Part shown: piece after piece, positions 20,948-30,147 of the stretch
How the letters are laid out: each line of letters opens with the position of its first letter
Position numbering within the stretch: the first letter of the stretch is position 1
NCBI GenBank assembly: GCA_034003005.1
Contig: JAVEZL010000002.1
Span: 12,861-76,860 of the forward strand
Source: Bacteroidales bacterium
GTDB taxonomy: Bacteria > Bacteroidota > Bacteroidia > Bacteroidales > UBA932
Length of the DNA stretch: 64,000 nucleotides
Direction: 5' to 3'
Translations under genes and position numbers: made by a program
The notes under the pieces: generated by a model
Databases searched by the model: none
What the model was told of the DNA's origin: nothing
What the model saw: the letters and a program-made list of their open reading frames with translations, nothing else

Positions 20948-21769
20948 ATGTCAATTCTAAATCAGCATTATATATTAAACAACGGGGTAAGGATTCCTAA
21001 AATTGGGTTTGGAACCTGGCAGATTCCTAATGAAACAGCTGTCACAGCAGTTGCTGAAGCAATAGGGATTGGTTATAAACATATTGACACTGCTCTTGCT
21101 TATAACAACGAAAAGGGTGTGGGAGAGGCAATAAGAAAATCAGATATTACAAGAGAGGAGATTTTTATTACTTCAAAACTTCCTGCAGAGATAAAAGGGT
21201 ATGATGAAGCTTTGTACTCTTTTGATAAAACATTGTCAAATCTTGGTATTGATGTACTGGACCTCTATCTTATTCATGCGCCCTGGCCTTGGACAGAGAT
21301 GGGTAAAGATTGTACAAAAGAGAATATTCAGTCATGGAGGGCATTTGAGAGAATATACAAAGAGGGTAGAGTCAGAGCAATAGGAGTTTCAAATTTTTCA
21401 GTATCTGATTTAAAGGCAATTGAAGATAATTCCGACACTCTGCCAATGGCAAACCAAATTGCTTTTTATGCAGGCAGAACTCAGGATGAAATCGTAGAGT
21501 ACTGTCAAACTAAGGGTATTTTGATTGAAGCCTATTCGCCTCTTGCAACAGGGAGGGCACTCAGGGATCCTGAACTAAACGAAATTGCGAGAATATACAA
21601 TGTGTCAGTAGCTCAGTTGCTGATACGTTTTACACTTCAGAGGGGAACACTGCCTCTTCCAAAATCTGTTACAAAAGAGAGGATTACCGAGAATGGTATG
21701 GTAGATAACTTCTCAATATCAGAGAAGGATATGGAAAGACTTAACAATATTAAAAGTGAGTACAGGTAG
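20948..21769 (+). CDS. Aldo/keto reductase
   Basis: IGFGTWQ, HIDTALAY, FITSKL, DLYLIHAP, IGVSNF, LPKS. Confidence 0.93.
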   Translation: MSILNQHYILNNGVRIPKIGFGTWQIPNETAVTAVAEAIGIGYKHIDTALAYNNEKGVGEAIRKSDITREEIFITSKLPAEIKGYDEALYSFDKTLSNLGIDVLDLYLIHAPWPWTEMGKDCTKENIQSWRAFERIYKEGRVRAIGVSNFSVSDLKAIEDNSDTLPMANQIAFYAGRTQDEIVEYCQTKGILIEAYSPLATGRALRDPELNEIARIYNVSVAQLLIRFTLQRGTLPLPKSVTKERITENGMVDNFSISEKDMERLNNIKSEYR

Positions 21770-21797
21770 GTTAAATTCTGAGTTACCTATTTCTTAT

Positions 21798-22148
21798 CTA
21801 CTTAATTTTCTTTAAATCTTCAATGCCAAAATTGATCATCTCTATAGCCTTGTAAATCAATTCTATATTCAGTTTCCCCAATGCAGCATCTCTCTCAATC
21901 TGCTCAACAATATCTGTAGTATAATTGAGGCCAACTACATGTAGATCAGATAGGATTTTATGAGATGAGAATCTTAGAGCATTAAAGTCGCCTGATTCAG
22001 CACTCTCTTTAATTGATTTTACCATACCCGGTGCATTATCAAGGAATAAGCCTAGTATCTCCATGAAAAAATCATGATCTCCTTCAGCCATTTCATTTAG
22101 AAGAGAAAAGTCAGGTGCCGGATATTTTTTATTAACTGTTTGTGGCAT
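21798..22148 (-). CDS. Stand-alone Hpt (histidine phosphotransfer) domain protein
   Basis: 116 aa, predicted helical; LNEMAEGD..F..EILGLF and FSSHKI...VG with the conserved His. Confidence 0.75.
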   Translation of the reverse strand: MPQTVNKKYPAPDFSLLNEMAEGDHDFFMEILGLFLDNAPGMVKSIKESAESGDFNALRFSSHKILSDLHVVGLNYTTDIVEQIERDAALGKLNIELIYKAIEMINFGIEDLKKIK

Positions 22149-22185
22149 TTGGATTGGATTATATTATAAATATAGGGAAAAGAGA

Positions 22186-23028
22186 TCAATATCCAAGATG
22201 TTCACCATTTACAATTCTATTGAAATGGAATAAATGAAGGTCAAGAGAGTAGACCCAATGAATCCATGTGTGATTACCAGGACTCATAACCAGAATGTTT
22301 TTAATTTTTAACGAATCACATTTTTCGGTAAAAGTAACAGCACTTTTGGCAAGAGCGTCGCTGGTACCGCAACTGATTATCATGATTCTTTCGTTTGGTA
22401 TCTCTTTTCTAGATAATTGATCTTTAATACTATCCAATCTTTTTAGTGCCGATTCGTTTTCATAATTCAGATTTTCAGGTGTATATGGTCCAAGAACTTT
22501 AGGAATGTCACTTGATTTCAGCCTTGTGTCTTCAAGATTCAGAACACCTGACATACTTCCTGCAGCTCTGAATCTACTAATATCATCAAGAAAAATATTT
22601 ATTGCTCCGTGCCCACCCATACTTAACCCAGAAATAAAAGTCTTTTCAGAATCTAGTTTATACTCATTTTGTATCATTGGATAGAGTTCCTCTGTGAAGA
22701 ATTTACGCCATTGCATTCCCCCGGGAATAACACTGTTAACGTACCAGCTATTGTAAAAACCGTCTGGGGTAATAATAATAAACCCGTATTTATCACTCAT
22801 TTGCTGAAGGTCCGCCTTGTCATTCCAGTTTTTCCAGTTTCCGCTCCAGCCATGAAGCAAGAACAGAGCCGGTAATGATTCTCCGTTATATCCGGCAGGA
22901 GTGTGAATCAATATTGTGTCGTTGCACCCCAAATTGCCTGATTTAATTACGATTTCTCTTTTTGCGCCAATTGCACTTGTAGTGAAAAGTATTGATGCAA
23001 AAATTATCAGAAGTGTTTTCCTTTTCAT
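22186..23028 (-). CDS. Secreted alpha/beta-hydrolase esterase (putative esterase family)
   Basis: Signal peptide, LLHG, SWY, nucleophile elbow GLSMGG, GTSD, GNHTW. Confidence 0.85.
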   Translation of the reverse strand: MKRKTLLIIFASILFTTSAIGAKREIVIKSGNLGCNDTILIHTPAGYNGESLPALFLLHGWSGNWKNWNDKADLQQMSDKYGFIIITPDGFYNSWYVNSVIPGGMQWRKFFTEELYPMIQNEYKLDSEKTFISGLSMGGHGAINIFLDDISRFRAAGSMSGVLNLEDTRLKSSDIPKVLGPYTPENLNYENESALKRLDSIKDQLSRKEIPNERIMIISCGTSDALAKSAVTFTEKCDSLKIKNILVMSPGNHTWIHWVYSLDLHLFHFNRIVNGEHLGY

Positions 23029-23052
23029 TTCAATATATGGTTAATTCTTATT

Positions 23053-23071
23053 CAAAAATAGGTTAAATTTG
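23053..23071. promoter_or_regulatory. Divergent -7 boxes for the esterase and HD-domain genes
   Basis: TATTTTTG (minus, 23053-23060) and TAAATTTG (plus, 23064-23071). Confidence 0.65.
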
Positions 23072-23108
23072 CGATTAAGCACTATTTCAAAAACTAACAA
23101 AAAGCCAA

Positions 23109-25103
23109 ATGACTACTATAGAGTGGTATAAAAAGAATTTGCACATTCTCTTTTTTTTAGCTGCCTCAATATTTGCAACATTGATTATGCCTGCCGACGG
23201 GAAATTCAAGTATGAATACCAGAGAGGCAGACCCTGGCTCTATGAAACACTAATTTCGCCGGTAGATTTTCCGATTTTAAAGAGTGAGCAAGAGTTGAGA
23301 TCTGAAAGAAATATTGCAGCATCTAAAAGCCCATTATGCTACAACTTGAGTCAGGAGGCTATTATCAGCACAAGGGAGTTGTTACCCTCAATTCTGAAAG
23401 CTAACTCATCTGATACTCTTAAAAGAGTTGACCGTATTCTAACTTTTTTATATGAAAAAGGTATCGCAGACAGACTAGAAGAGAGCAGCAGATTGTCTGG
23501 AGTTCTTATTTCTGACAGAGGATACAGACAGTTTGAAAAGCCTGCAGCCGAGATTTTTACAGTTGAGTCCTCTATGTCTTATCTTAAAGAGAGAATTGAT
23601 CTGGGGCTTGAAACATCCTTAAAACTAAAGGCAGCTCTTAAGCCAAATCTCAGATACGACAATAATGCAACGGAACTTGCAAGACGAGAGGCAATCTCAA
23701 AAATTGCCCCCACAAAAGGTGTCCTATATGAAGGCCAGGTTATTGTTGCCAAGGGGGAGACAGTTACGTCTGAAATTGAACAACTTCTGGATTCATACAA
23801 AGAAGAGTACGAAATTAGCATGGGGTATTCTGGAAGTTATATAACACTCAAATTAGGACAGCTTCTTATTTGTTCTGCTTTATTCCTCTTGTTGTACATA
23901 ATTTTATATTATACAAAGAAAGAGGTAGTAAAGGATAAACGTAAAGTGCTTTTTGTATTGCTCCTTGTCATCATATCAATAATCATGACAGTACTGGTAA
24001 GAGGAGTGAGCCCTGCTTACCTTTACGCTATTCCATATTCGGTTTTTGCACTTTTTCTGTGCTCTTTTTTTAATACCAGGATGGTGTTGCCTGTATACTT
24101 GGTTATCATTATTCCCGTTGTTGTTATAGCTCAAAATGGAACAGAGATTTTCATGCTAAATTTATTTGCCGGAAGCATTACTGTTCTTGCGTTTACATAC
24201 TGGAACAGGGGATGGATGCAGTTCGCTGTAGCTTTTGGAGTTTTCCTTGCATTATCTTTGTCCTATACAGCCTTTAGAATGATAGAGGATGGTACTTTTA
24301 TGGATATAAACAGATTGCATTACGGATATTTTGCATGGAATTCTGTGTTAATAATAGCTACCTATCCGCTGATTTATCTATTTGAAAAAATATATGGTCT
24401 GTTATCTAACCAAAGATTAAGAGATCTTGCCGATACAGAAAATCATATTCTGGCAGAGCTATCACATAAGGCGCCAGGTACATTTCAACATGCACTTCAG
24501 GTTGCCAATCTGGCAGAGAGTGCTGTATCTGCAATAGGCGGAAATGCAATTCTTGCAAGGGTGGGTGGCCTTTATCATGATATTGGCAAGATGAATGATC
24601 CACTGCTTTTTATTGAAAATCAGCCAGCAGGAGCGAGTAATATTCACGAAGGACTTGATCCAAAAGAGAGCGCCAGGTTAATTATTAAACATGTTCAGGA
24701 TGGGGTTGAGATAGCAAGACGTGAAAAATTACCTTCAATAATTAACGAATTTATCCTATCCCATCACGGAAAATCAAGAACCTTATACTTCTATAACAAA
24801 CATATCAATAATGGGGGAGATTCTTCAGATGTACATTTTTTTACATATGATGGCATCTTTCCCACTTACAGAGAGCAAGTTGTTGTTATGATGGCTGATG
24901 CTGTTGAGGCAGCCTCAAGGTCAATGAAAAATTATAATGATAATTCAATATCTGAACTTGTCGACCGGGTTGTTGGAGAGCGGGTAAGTGATGAACAACT
25001 ATCAGAGGCTGAGATCTCTCTCAAAGAGATTAAAATGGTAAAGGATATCTTTAAACAAAGGTTGTCTGGTATGTATCATAACAGAATGGTCAAGCCTTTA
25101 TAG
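23109..25103 (+). CDS. 7TM-HD (HDIG) phosphohydrolase, PgpH-like
   Basis: N-terminal TM, extracellular domain, about 7 TM helices, then APGTFQH, YHDIGK, HHG, MADAVEAASR. Confidence 0.88.
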   Translation: MTTIEWYKKNLHILFFLAASIFATLIMPADGKFKYEYQRGRPWLYETLISPVDFPILKSEQELRSERNIAASKSPLCYNLSQEAIISTRELLPSILKANSSDTLKRVDRILTFLYEKGIADRLEESSRLSGVLISDRGYRQFEKPAAEIFTVESSMSYLKERIDLGLETSLKLKAALKPNLRYDNNATELARREAISKIAPTKGVLYEGQVIVAKGETVTSEIEQLLDSYKEEYEISMGYSGSYITLKLGQLLICSALFLLLYIILYYTKKEVVKDKRKVLFVLLLVIISIIMTVLVRGVSPAYLYAIPYSVFALFLCSFFNTRMVLPVYLVIIIPVVVIAQNGTEIFMLNLFAGSITVLAFTYWNRGWMQFAVAFGVFLALSLSYTAFRMIEDGTFMDINRLHYGYFAWNSVLIIATYPLIYLFEKIYGLLSNQRLRDLADTENHILAELSHKAPGTFQHALQVANLAESAVSAIGGNAILARVGGLYHDIGKMNDPLLFIENQPAGASNIHEGLDPKESARLIIKHVQDGVEIARREKLPSIINEFILSHHGKSRTLYFYNKHINNGGDSSDVHFFTYDGIFPTYREQVVVMMADAVEAASRSMKNYNDNSISELVDRVVGERVSDEQLSEAEISLKEIKMVKDIFKQRLSGMYHNRMVKPL

Positions 25104-25114
25104 ACCTGACCATT
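25085..25114 (-). terminator. Hairpin, probable ssrA terminator, overlapping the 3' end of the HD gene
   Basis: Minus strand AATGGTCAGGTCT-ATAA-AGGCTTGACCATT (13 bp with G-U pairs), 8 nt beyond the tmRNA 3' end. U tract is weak. Confidence 0.55.
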
Positions 25115-25122
25115 TTCCTGAG

Positions 25123-25518
25123 TGGAGATGGGCGGACTCGAACCGCCGTCCAAACAAACCATCCAAAAGCTTTCTACACGCTTATCCTCTCTTTAATTGT
25201 GGGTAATGAGCTGCCGGGAGGCAGGCTACTCAAAACTTATCCTCTGTTTCTTACGACGCCTTAGAGGAGTAAACGCCGGCATCCTGTTTGTTTGATACCC
25301 CATATACAGAACATAACAGGAATAAAGTTCTGCGGGATACTCGTCACGGCCGGACCTAGCCGGCGGCGATAAAGCGATTAAGCATGGCTTAATTACGCAG
25401 CGAGTGCATAGTTGTTGTTGCCAGTTAAGGCTTGAGTTCCGGGATTTACGAGCCGGCTTCACGACGCTCGACGTGCTTACAATCCGATTGAGTATGCTGT
25501 CAAAACCAAAACATCCCC
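25123..25518 (-). ncRNA. ssrA: tmRNA
   Basis: 5' GGGGATG...GGTTTTGAC and 3' GACGGCGGTTCGAGTCCGCCCATCTCCA form a tRNA-Ala-like domain with a G-U pair. Tag ORF 25422-25393 encodes GNNNYALAA*. TAACTTTG box at 25532-25539. Confidence 0.96.
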
Positions 25519-25554
25519 ATTAAAAAGTATACAAAGTTATGTATTAAAAATGAA

Positions 25555-26202
25555 TTAATTCAAATATGGGGCCAGGAATCTCCAGACACCCTCAAAGAAT
25601 GATATAAGACCAATAACAACAATAATTATTCCCGAGACTCTGTTAATCATAAGCAGTTGTCTCAATCTGAATTTTTTTCTAAAAATATTTATTCCAGTGC
25701 TAAGTGCATACCACCAGGTGGCAGCGCCTATGAAAACGCCTCCCAAGGCTGCTGTAATCATTCTGTTCGCTGCCTGTGAATCAACATCTAATCCTACAAA
25801 TGCAAACATGCCAAGTATTAAAAATATTGCACCTGGATTAGTGATTGTCATAAGAATAGCGGAGAAGAGGTCCTCCATGTGTCTGTTGTTCCCGTTTGCT
25901 TTTTGTCTTATCTGTTTAACAGGATTTGTCAGATAAATCTTAAGCCCTATCATAGCCACAATAATTCCTCCGGCAAGAAGAACACCTCTTTCATACTCCT
26001 CTACAAAGCTCTGTATGTAAGCAAGACCAAGGATTGCCAGAGCGGCAAATATTGTGTCAGTAATAGCCGCTCCCAATCCTGTTATAAAACCTGAGTTTCT
26101 GCCTTTACTAAGAGTTTTTTGAACGCACATTACTCCCATGGGCCCTAACGGGATTGAAGCACCTAAACCAACAAGAAAACCCTTAACAAAGTCTATAAAC
26201 AT
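25555..26202 (-). CDS. LysE family translocator
   Basis: IPLGPMG...G.G...D motif, TITNPGA, 5-6 TM helices. Confidence 0.88.
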   Translation of the reverse strand: MFIDFVKGFLVGLGASIPLGPMGVMCVQKTLSKGRNSGFITGLGAAITDTIFAALAILGLAYIQSFVEEYERGVLLAGGIIVAMIGLKIYLTNPVKQIRQKANGNNRHMEDLFSAILMTITNPGAIFLILGMFAFVGLDVDSQAANRMITAALGGVFIGAATWWYALSTGINIFRKKFRLRQLLMINRVSGIIIVVIGLISFFEGVWRFLAPYLN

Positions 26203-26208
26203 ATATTT

Positions 26209-28485
26209 CTAGAATTTTACCTTCAGCCCTATCCCAGCGTTAAATGGTCTGCCATATTGAGCTAAACCGTTTCCGAGTGTCTCAAAGTAGAAAGTATTAT
26301 ACCTGGTGTCTGTAAAATTTCTCAACCATACAGAGATTTCAAAAATAGAAATTTTTACTGAACCTTCAATATCCAAAGTAGAGTAAAATGGCTGGATTAC
26401 ATCATTCTTTTCTGTCCAGTATATCTTTCCTGCTCCATTGTATCTTATAGCAGCAGAAAATTCTTTGAATTCACCCCTGTTAATGATTTTTGTGTAAACA
26501 ATATTCGCATTCAAAGTGTTGCGTGGAACAAAGGGAACATATTTTCCAGAGTAATCGTTTTGATTGTCTGTATAGTCAATAAACTTTGAGTGGGTATATC
26601 CCCAGTTAGCACTTGCAATTAGCTCCTCGGTAATTTTTGCTGAAATTGAAATTTCACCTCCTAAACTATATGATCTTGCTGCATTTTTTGCTACTCTTCC
26701 AAATCCTGTTGCTCCCGCAAATTGTACAACTTGCTGGTCTCTGCTGTCAATATAGAAAAGCGAACCGTTAAGATTAATTATATCAATTACAGGCCACCCA
26801 CTGAATCCTATTTCGTGGTTCCAGTTGTATTCAGGCCTGTAAGAGATCTTGTCTGATACATCTGAGTCTTCTTGAGATCCACCAGGCATCCCGCCCATTG
26901 CTTTGCTTTGAACAATATCTGAAAACATCTGTATGTTATAACCACCTGCTTTGTAGCCTCTTGCGGTTGTGTAGAAGATTTTTAAGTCGTTTCCGGATGA
27001 GTATTGTAGCGAAATTTTGGGCAAGAATTGTCCAAAATCTTGCTGATCTTCTCCCTGAACATCTGCAGGTACTTTCATTGCTATAGGTTTGGGAACACCT
27101 GGTCTGATGAAAAACAGATTCATCTCCATGCCGCTTGAATATTCAAGTTTTTGCTTTTCATATTCATATCTTAGACCAAGTGTCAGAGAGAGCCCTTCTG
27201 TAAAAAGTCTCTTAAGTGTTACCTGATGAAAGGCGGCCAAACCCCATGACCTCTGATTATACTCTCCGTAAACAGGAATTGTCTTATCTGATACAATCAT
27301 ATGAAAAGGCATAGTTCCTGTCTGATATAACCTGTCAAAAGTGCTTTGGAAGAATCTTTTTACACCATCTTCTTCAAAATTTACCGGAGCATCTGTAAAA
27401 TTATTTTGCAAAAAGCCGGAAAGACCAGATACAAACTGATAATTTTTGTCATTTTCAGATTTGAAAATTACCTCTTGAGTGAAATTCCCGAACTTCTGAG
27501 CTTGACTCATTGTATATATTGATTCAGGTGTAAAATCCTGATCAAGTCGCATCGTGTCTTTTAGATGCTGATAGGCTGAGATAAGGCTTAGTCTCCATCC
27601 CGGGGCTGTATGAGTAACAACAAGGCTGTTTGTATTTAATATTCTCTTGTATGAGCTGGTGTCATTATATGATGGTGCAGCAGTTGTTCTGCTCTCTTTA
27701 TTATAAAGTCCGTAAGGATATGCATTTTGATTATTAAACTCCAGCTGGCCTGAAGCCTCAATTTTCCATGCTCTTGCTATATTGTATGCAAGTCGTAGTC
27801 TTCCTCCTGCAGAATATCCCTTATCCGATTTTATACCGGTATATTCATTTGTGAAAAAGCCACCATCACTTGAATAGAATCCATTAAGTGAAAAGGCAAA
27901 TTTTTCAGATAATTTGTTTCTTGTAATAAAGCTTCCTTTAAATTGATTATACATACCAGATTTAAAAGAAATCTCTGTGCCAGGGGTTGAGAATGGAGAT
28001 TTGGTTCTTATATGAACAATACCGCCGAGAGCATTTCTTCCATAAAGAGTTCCCTGAGGACCACGTAATATTTCAACTCGTTCAATATCCAGTAATTCAA
28101 AATCAAATGCACTTTTATCAATATATGGTACGTTGTCTTCATAGAGTCCAATTGATGGAGAAGGAGAGAATCTTGACCCGATTCCTCTAATGTATATGGC
28201 AGAGGTGATTTTTGAGCCGTAATCGGGAATAAATAGATTGGGTACCGCTCCTGATAAGCCCTTTATGGTGTTTTTTCCACTTGATTCCATCTCCTGACCT
28301 TTTATTATAGTTGTAGAGGCGGGAATCTGATTCAGGAAATAGGTCTCTTTTGGGGTTGTAATTATTGTTAACCCTTTAATATCATAATTTCTAATTATTG
28401 TATCTTTGTCAGATACTTGACCATGAATTGTGGCTGATGAAATCAGAGTTAATAACAGAACTACTCTCTTTGGAATACTTTTCAT
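26209..28485 (-). CDS. TonB-dependent receptor
   Basis: Signal peptide, plug motifs IYIRGIG and IERVEILRGPQGTLYGRNALGG, RGYKAGGYN, C-terminal F. Confidence 0.93.
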   Translation of the reverse strand: MKSIPKRVVLLLTLISSATIHGQVSDKDTIIRNYDIKGLTIITTPKETYFLNQIPASTTIIKGQEMESSGKNTIKGLSGAVPNLFIPDYGSKITSAIYIRGIGSRFSPSPSIGLYEDNVPYIDKSAFDFELLDIERVEILRGPQGTLYGRNALGGIVHIRTKSPFSTPGTEISFKSGMYNQFKGSFITRNKLSEKFAFSLNGFYSSDGGFFTNEYTGIKSDKGYSAGGRLRLAYNIARAWKIEASGQLEFNNQNAYPYGLYNKESRTTAAPSYNDTSSYKRILNTNSLVVTHTAPGWRLSLISAYQHLKDTMRLDQDFTPESIYTMSQAQKFGNFTQEVIFKSENDKNYQFVSGLSGFLQNNFTDAPVNFEEDGVKRFFQSTFDRLYQTGTMPFHMIVSDKTIPVYGEYNQRSWGLAAFHQVTLKRLFTEGLSLTLGLRYEYEKQKLEYSSGMEMNLFFIRPGVPKPIAMKVPADVQGEDQQDFGQFLPKISLQYSSGNDLKIFYTTARGYKAGGYNIQMFSDIVQSKAMGGMPGGSQEDSDVSDKISYRPEYNWNHEIGFSGWPVIDIINLNGSLFYIDSRDQQVVQFAGATGFGRVAKNAARSYSLGGEISISAKITEELIASANWGYTHSKFIDYTDNQNDYSGKYVPFVPRNTLNANIVYTKIINRGEFKEFSAAIRYNGAGKIYWTEKNDVIQPFYSTLDIEGSVKISIFEISVWLRNFTDTRYNTFYFETLGNGLAQYGRPFNAGIGLKVKF

Positions 28486-28521
28486 GTGTGATAATTGTTA
28501 CAAAAATTGAACGGCGAAATT

Positions 28522-30147
28522 ATGCATTTTAGGATTAATAAAAAAACTAAAATTGTACTAAGGCTAATGATTATGGCAATTTTGCTATTATCACTCCCAT
28601 TTTTAGTAAAGGGTGCAGGAATTCTCATTTTATTTGCTCTGATTCCCATTCTGATGCTACAGAACTATATCGAAAATAATAGTATCAGATATGGATGGAT
28701 ACTTATTTACCTGACTTTTCTTATCTGGACAATCTCCTCTACTTACTGGATTGGTTATGCAAACTTTAACGGTGCAGTTGCTTCGATGCTAAGTTATTCG
28801 GCTCCGTTAACGCTCATTGTTTTAATTTATCCGTGGTTTAAAAAGAAATTTGGAAGAGGAATCGGCTATGCATTTTTTATTATTGCATGGCTGGCATTTG
28901 AGCACTTAATGTCAGATGGAGAACTTAACTGGCCTTGGCTGGCATTGGGGAATGGTTTTGCTTCGCTTCACAAGGTTGTTCAATGGTATGAATTTACTGG
29001 AGTTGCAGGTGGCTCTTTATGGGCATTGGTTGTCTCAGTTTTTGCCTATGATATTATTTTATCTAGGGGTAATTGTGCCGCATCTCAAATGCGTAAGAAA
29101 AATATAATCCTTGTTGTATTGCTTATTTTACCAATATTTATTTCTCATGCTCTCTACATTACATACTCAGAAAAGAAGAGTCCTGCTACATTCTTAATAG
29201 TTCAGCCAAATATTGATCCGTATCATGATAAATTTGGAGGAATGACTCAGCGTGAACAAGATGAGGTACTTATAGGGCTGATTAATGAAGGTTTTGACGA
29301 TTCTGTTGATTTTGTTATAGCTCCTGAAACATTTACTTCAGGCGTTATTGAAAATAATCCATACGAGAGTGACTCTTTTTCAAGAATAGCTGCTGCTGCT
29401 AAAGGCCTGGGTGATTCCAAACTTATTATTGGAGCCTCTTCACACTATCTTTATCCTCATGATGAGTACCCTTATAACAAGAGACCTTCACCATCGTCCA
29501 GAAGGATAGGAGAGGGGTGGTATGATTCTCATAACTCTGCTGTGATGATTGATAGCTCAGGAGAATATAGCTTTTATTACAAATCTAAGCTAGTCCCTCT
29601 GGTTGAATTTATGCCATTTCAGAAATATCTGGGAGGGTTTAGATTGTTTGTTATTGAATTGGGTGGATATTTTGGCAGTTACGGTAAACAAGATGAAAGG
29701 AAACTGTTTCATTCTGCTTCTGAGGATATATCAATTGGAACGGCTATTTGCTATGAATCTGTATATGGTGATTTTTTCAGAGAGTTTGTTAAAGAAGGGG
29801 CGAACGTTATGTCGATTATTACAAATGACGGGTGGTGGCTTGATTCGCCAGGATACAAACAACATCTCTGGTACGATAAATTAAGAGCTATTGAGACCAG
29901 ACGTTCAATTGCAAGGTGTGGAAATACAGGTGTCAGCGCACTTATCAACCAGAAGGGAGACATTGTTTCTCAGACCAAATGGTGGAGCAGAGAGTGGCTT
30001 AAAGGGGAGCTTAACCTCAACGATAAAATAACAATTTTTGTGAAATATGGCGACTTTATTGGAAGGTCCGCCTTTTATTCAATGCTGATTTTTATTGCCC
30101 TTTCTATTTTTGCTTTTTCAAAAATCTTAGTGAAGGAGAGGGAATAA
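28522..30147 (+). CDS. lnt: Apolipoprotein N-acyltransferase
   Basis: TM domain with WPWLALG, QPNI, nitrilase triad APETF / YKSKLVP / ICYES, TNDGWW, RAIETRR, NTGVS. Start uncertain (28522 or 28567). Confidence 0.92.
   Translation: MHFRINKKTKIVLRLMIMAILLLSLPFLVKGAGILILFALIPILMLQNYIENNSIRYGWILIYLTFLIWTISSTYWIGYANFNGAVASMLSYSAPLTLIVLIYPWFKKKFGRGIGYAFFIIAWLAFEHLMSDGELNWPWLALGNGFASLHKVVQWYEFTGVAGGSLWALVVSVFAYDIILSRGNCAASQMRKKNIILVVLLILPIFISHALYITYSEKKSPATFLIVQPNIDPYHDKFGGMTQREQDEVLIGLINEGFDDSVDFVIAPETFTSGVIENNPYESDSFSRIAAAAKGLGDSKLIIGASSHYLYPHDEYPYNKRPSPSSRRIGEGWYDSHNSAVMIDSSGEYSFYYKSKLVPLVEFMPFQKYLGGFRLFVIELGGYFGSYGKQDERKLFHSASEDISIGTAICYESVYGDFFREFVKEGANVMSIITNDGWWLDSPGYKQHLWYDKLRAIETRRSIARCGNTGVSALINQKGDIVSQTKWWSREWLKGELNLNDKITIFVKYGDFIGRSAFYSMLIFIALSIFAFSKILVKERE

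Noticed and set aside
20860-25122. Possible genomic island between the tRNA-Val and tmRNA 3' ends
   Set aside because: No integrase, no duplicated tRNA/tmRNA 3' end seen by eye, native-type promoters and no obvious compositional shift.
25226-25462. 78-aa minus-strand ORF
   Set aside because: Lies within the tmRNA in a different frame from the tag peptide.
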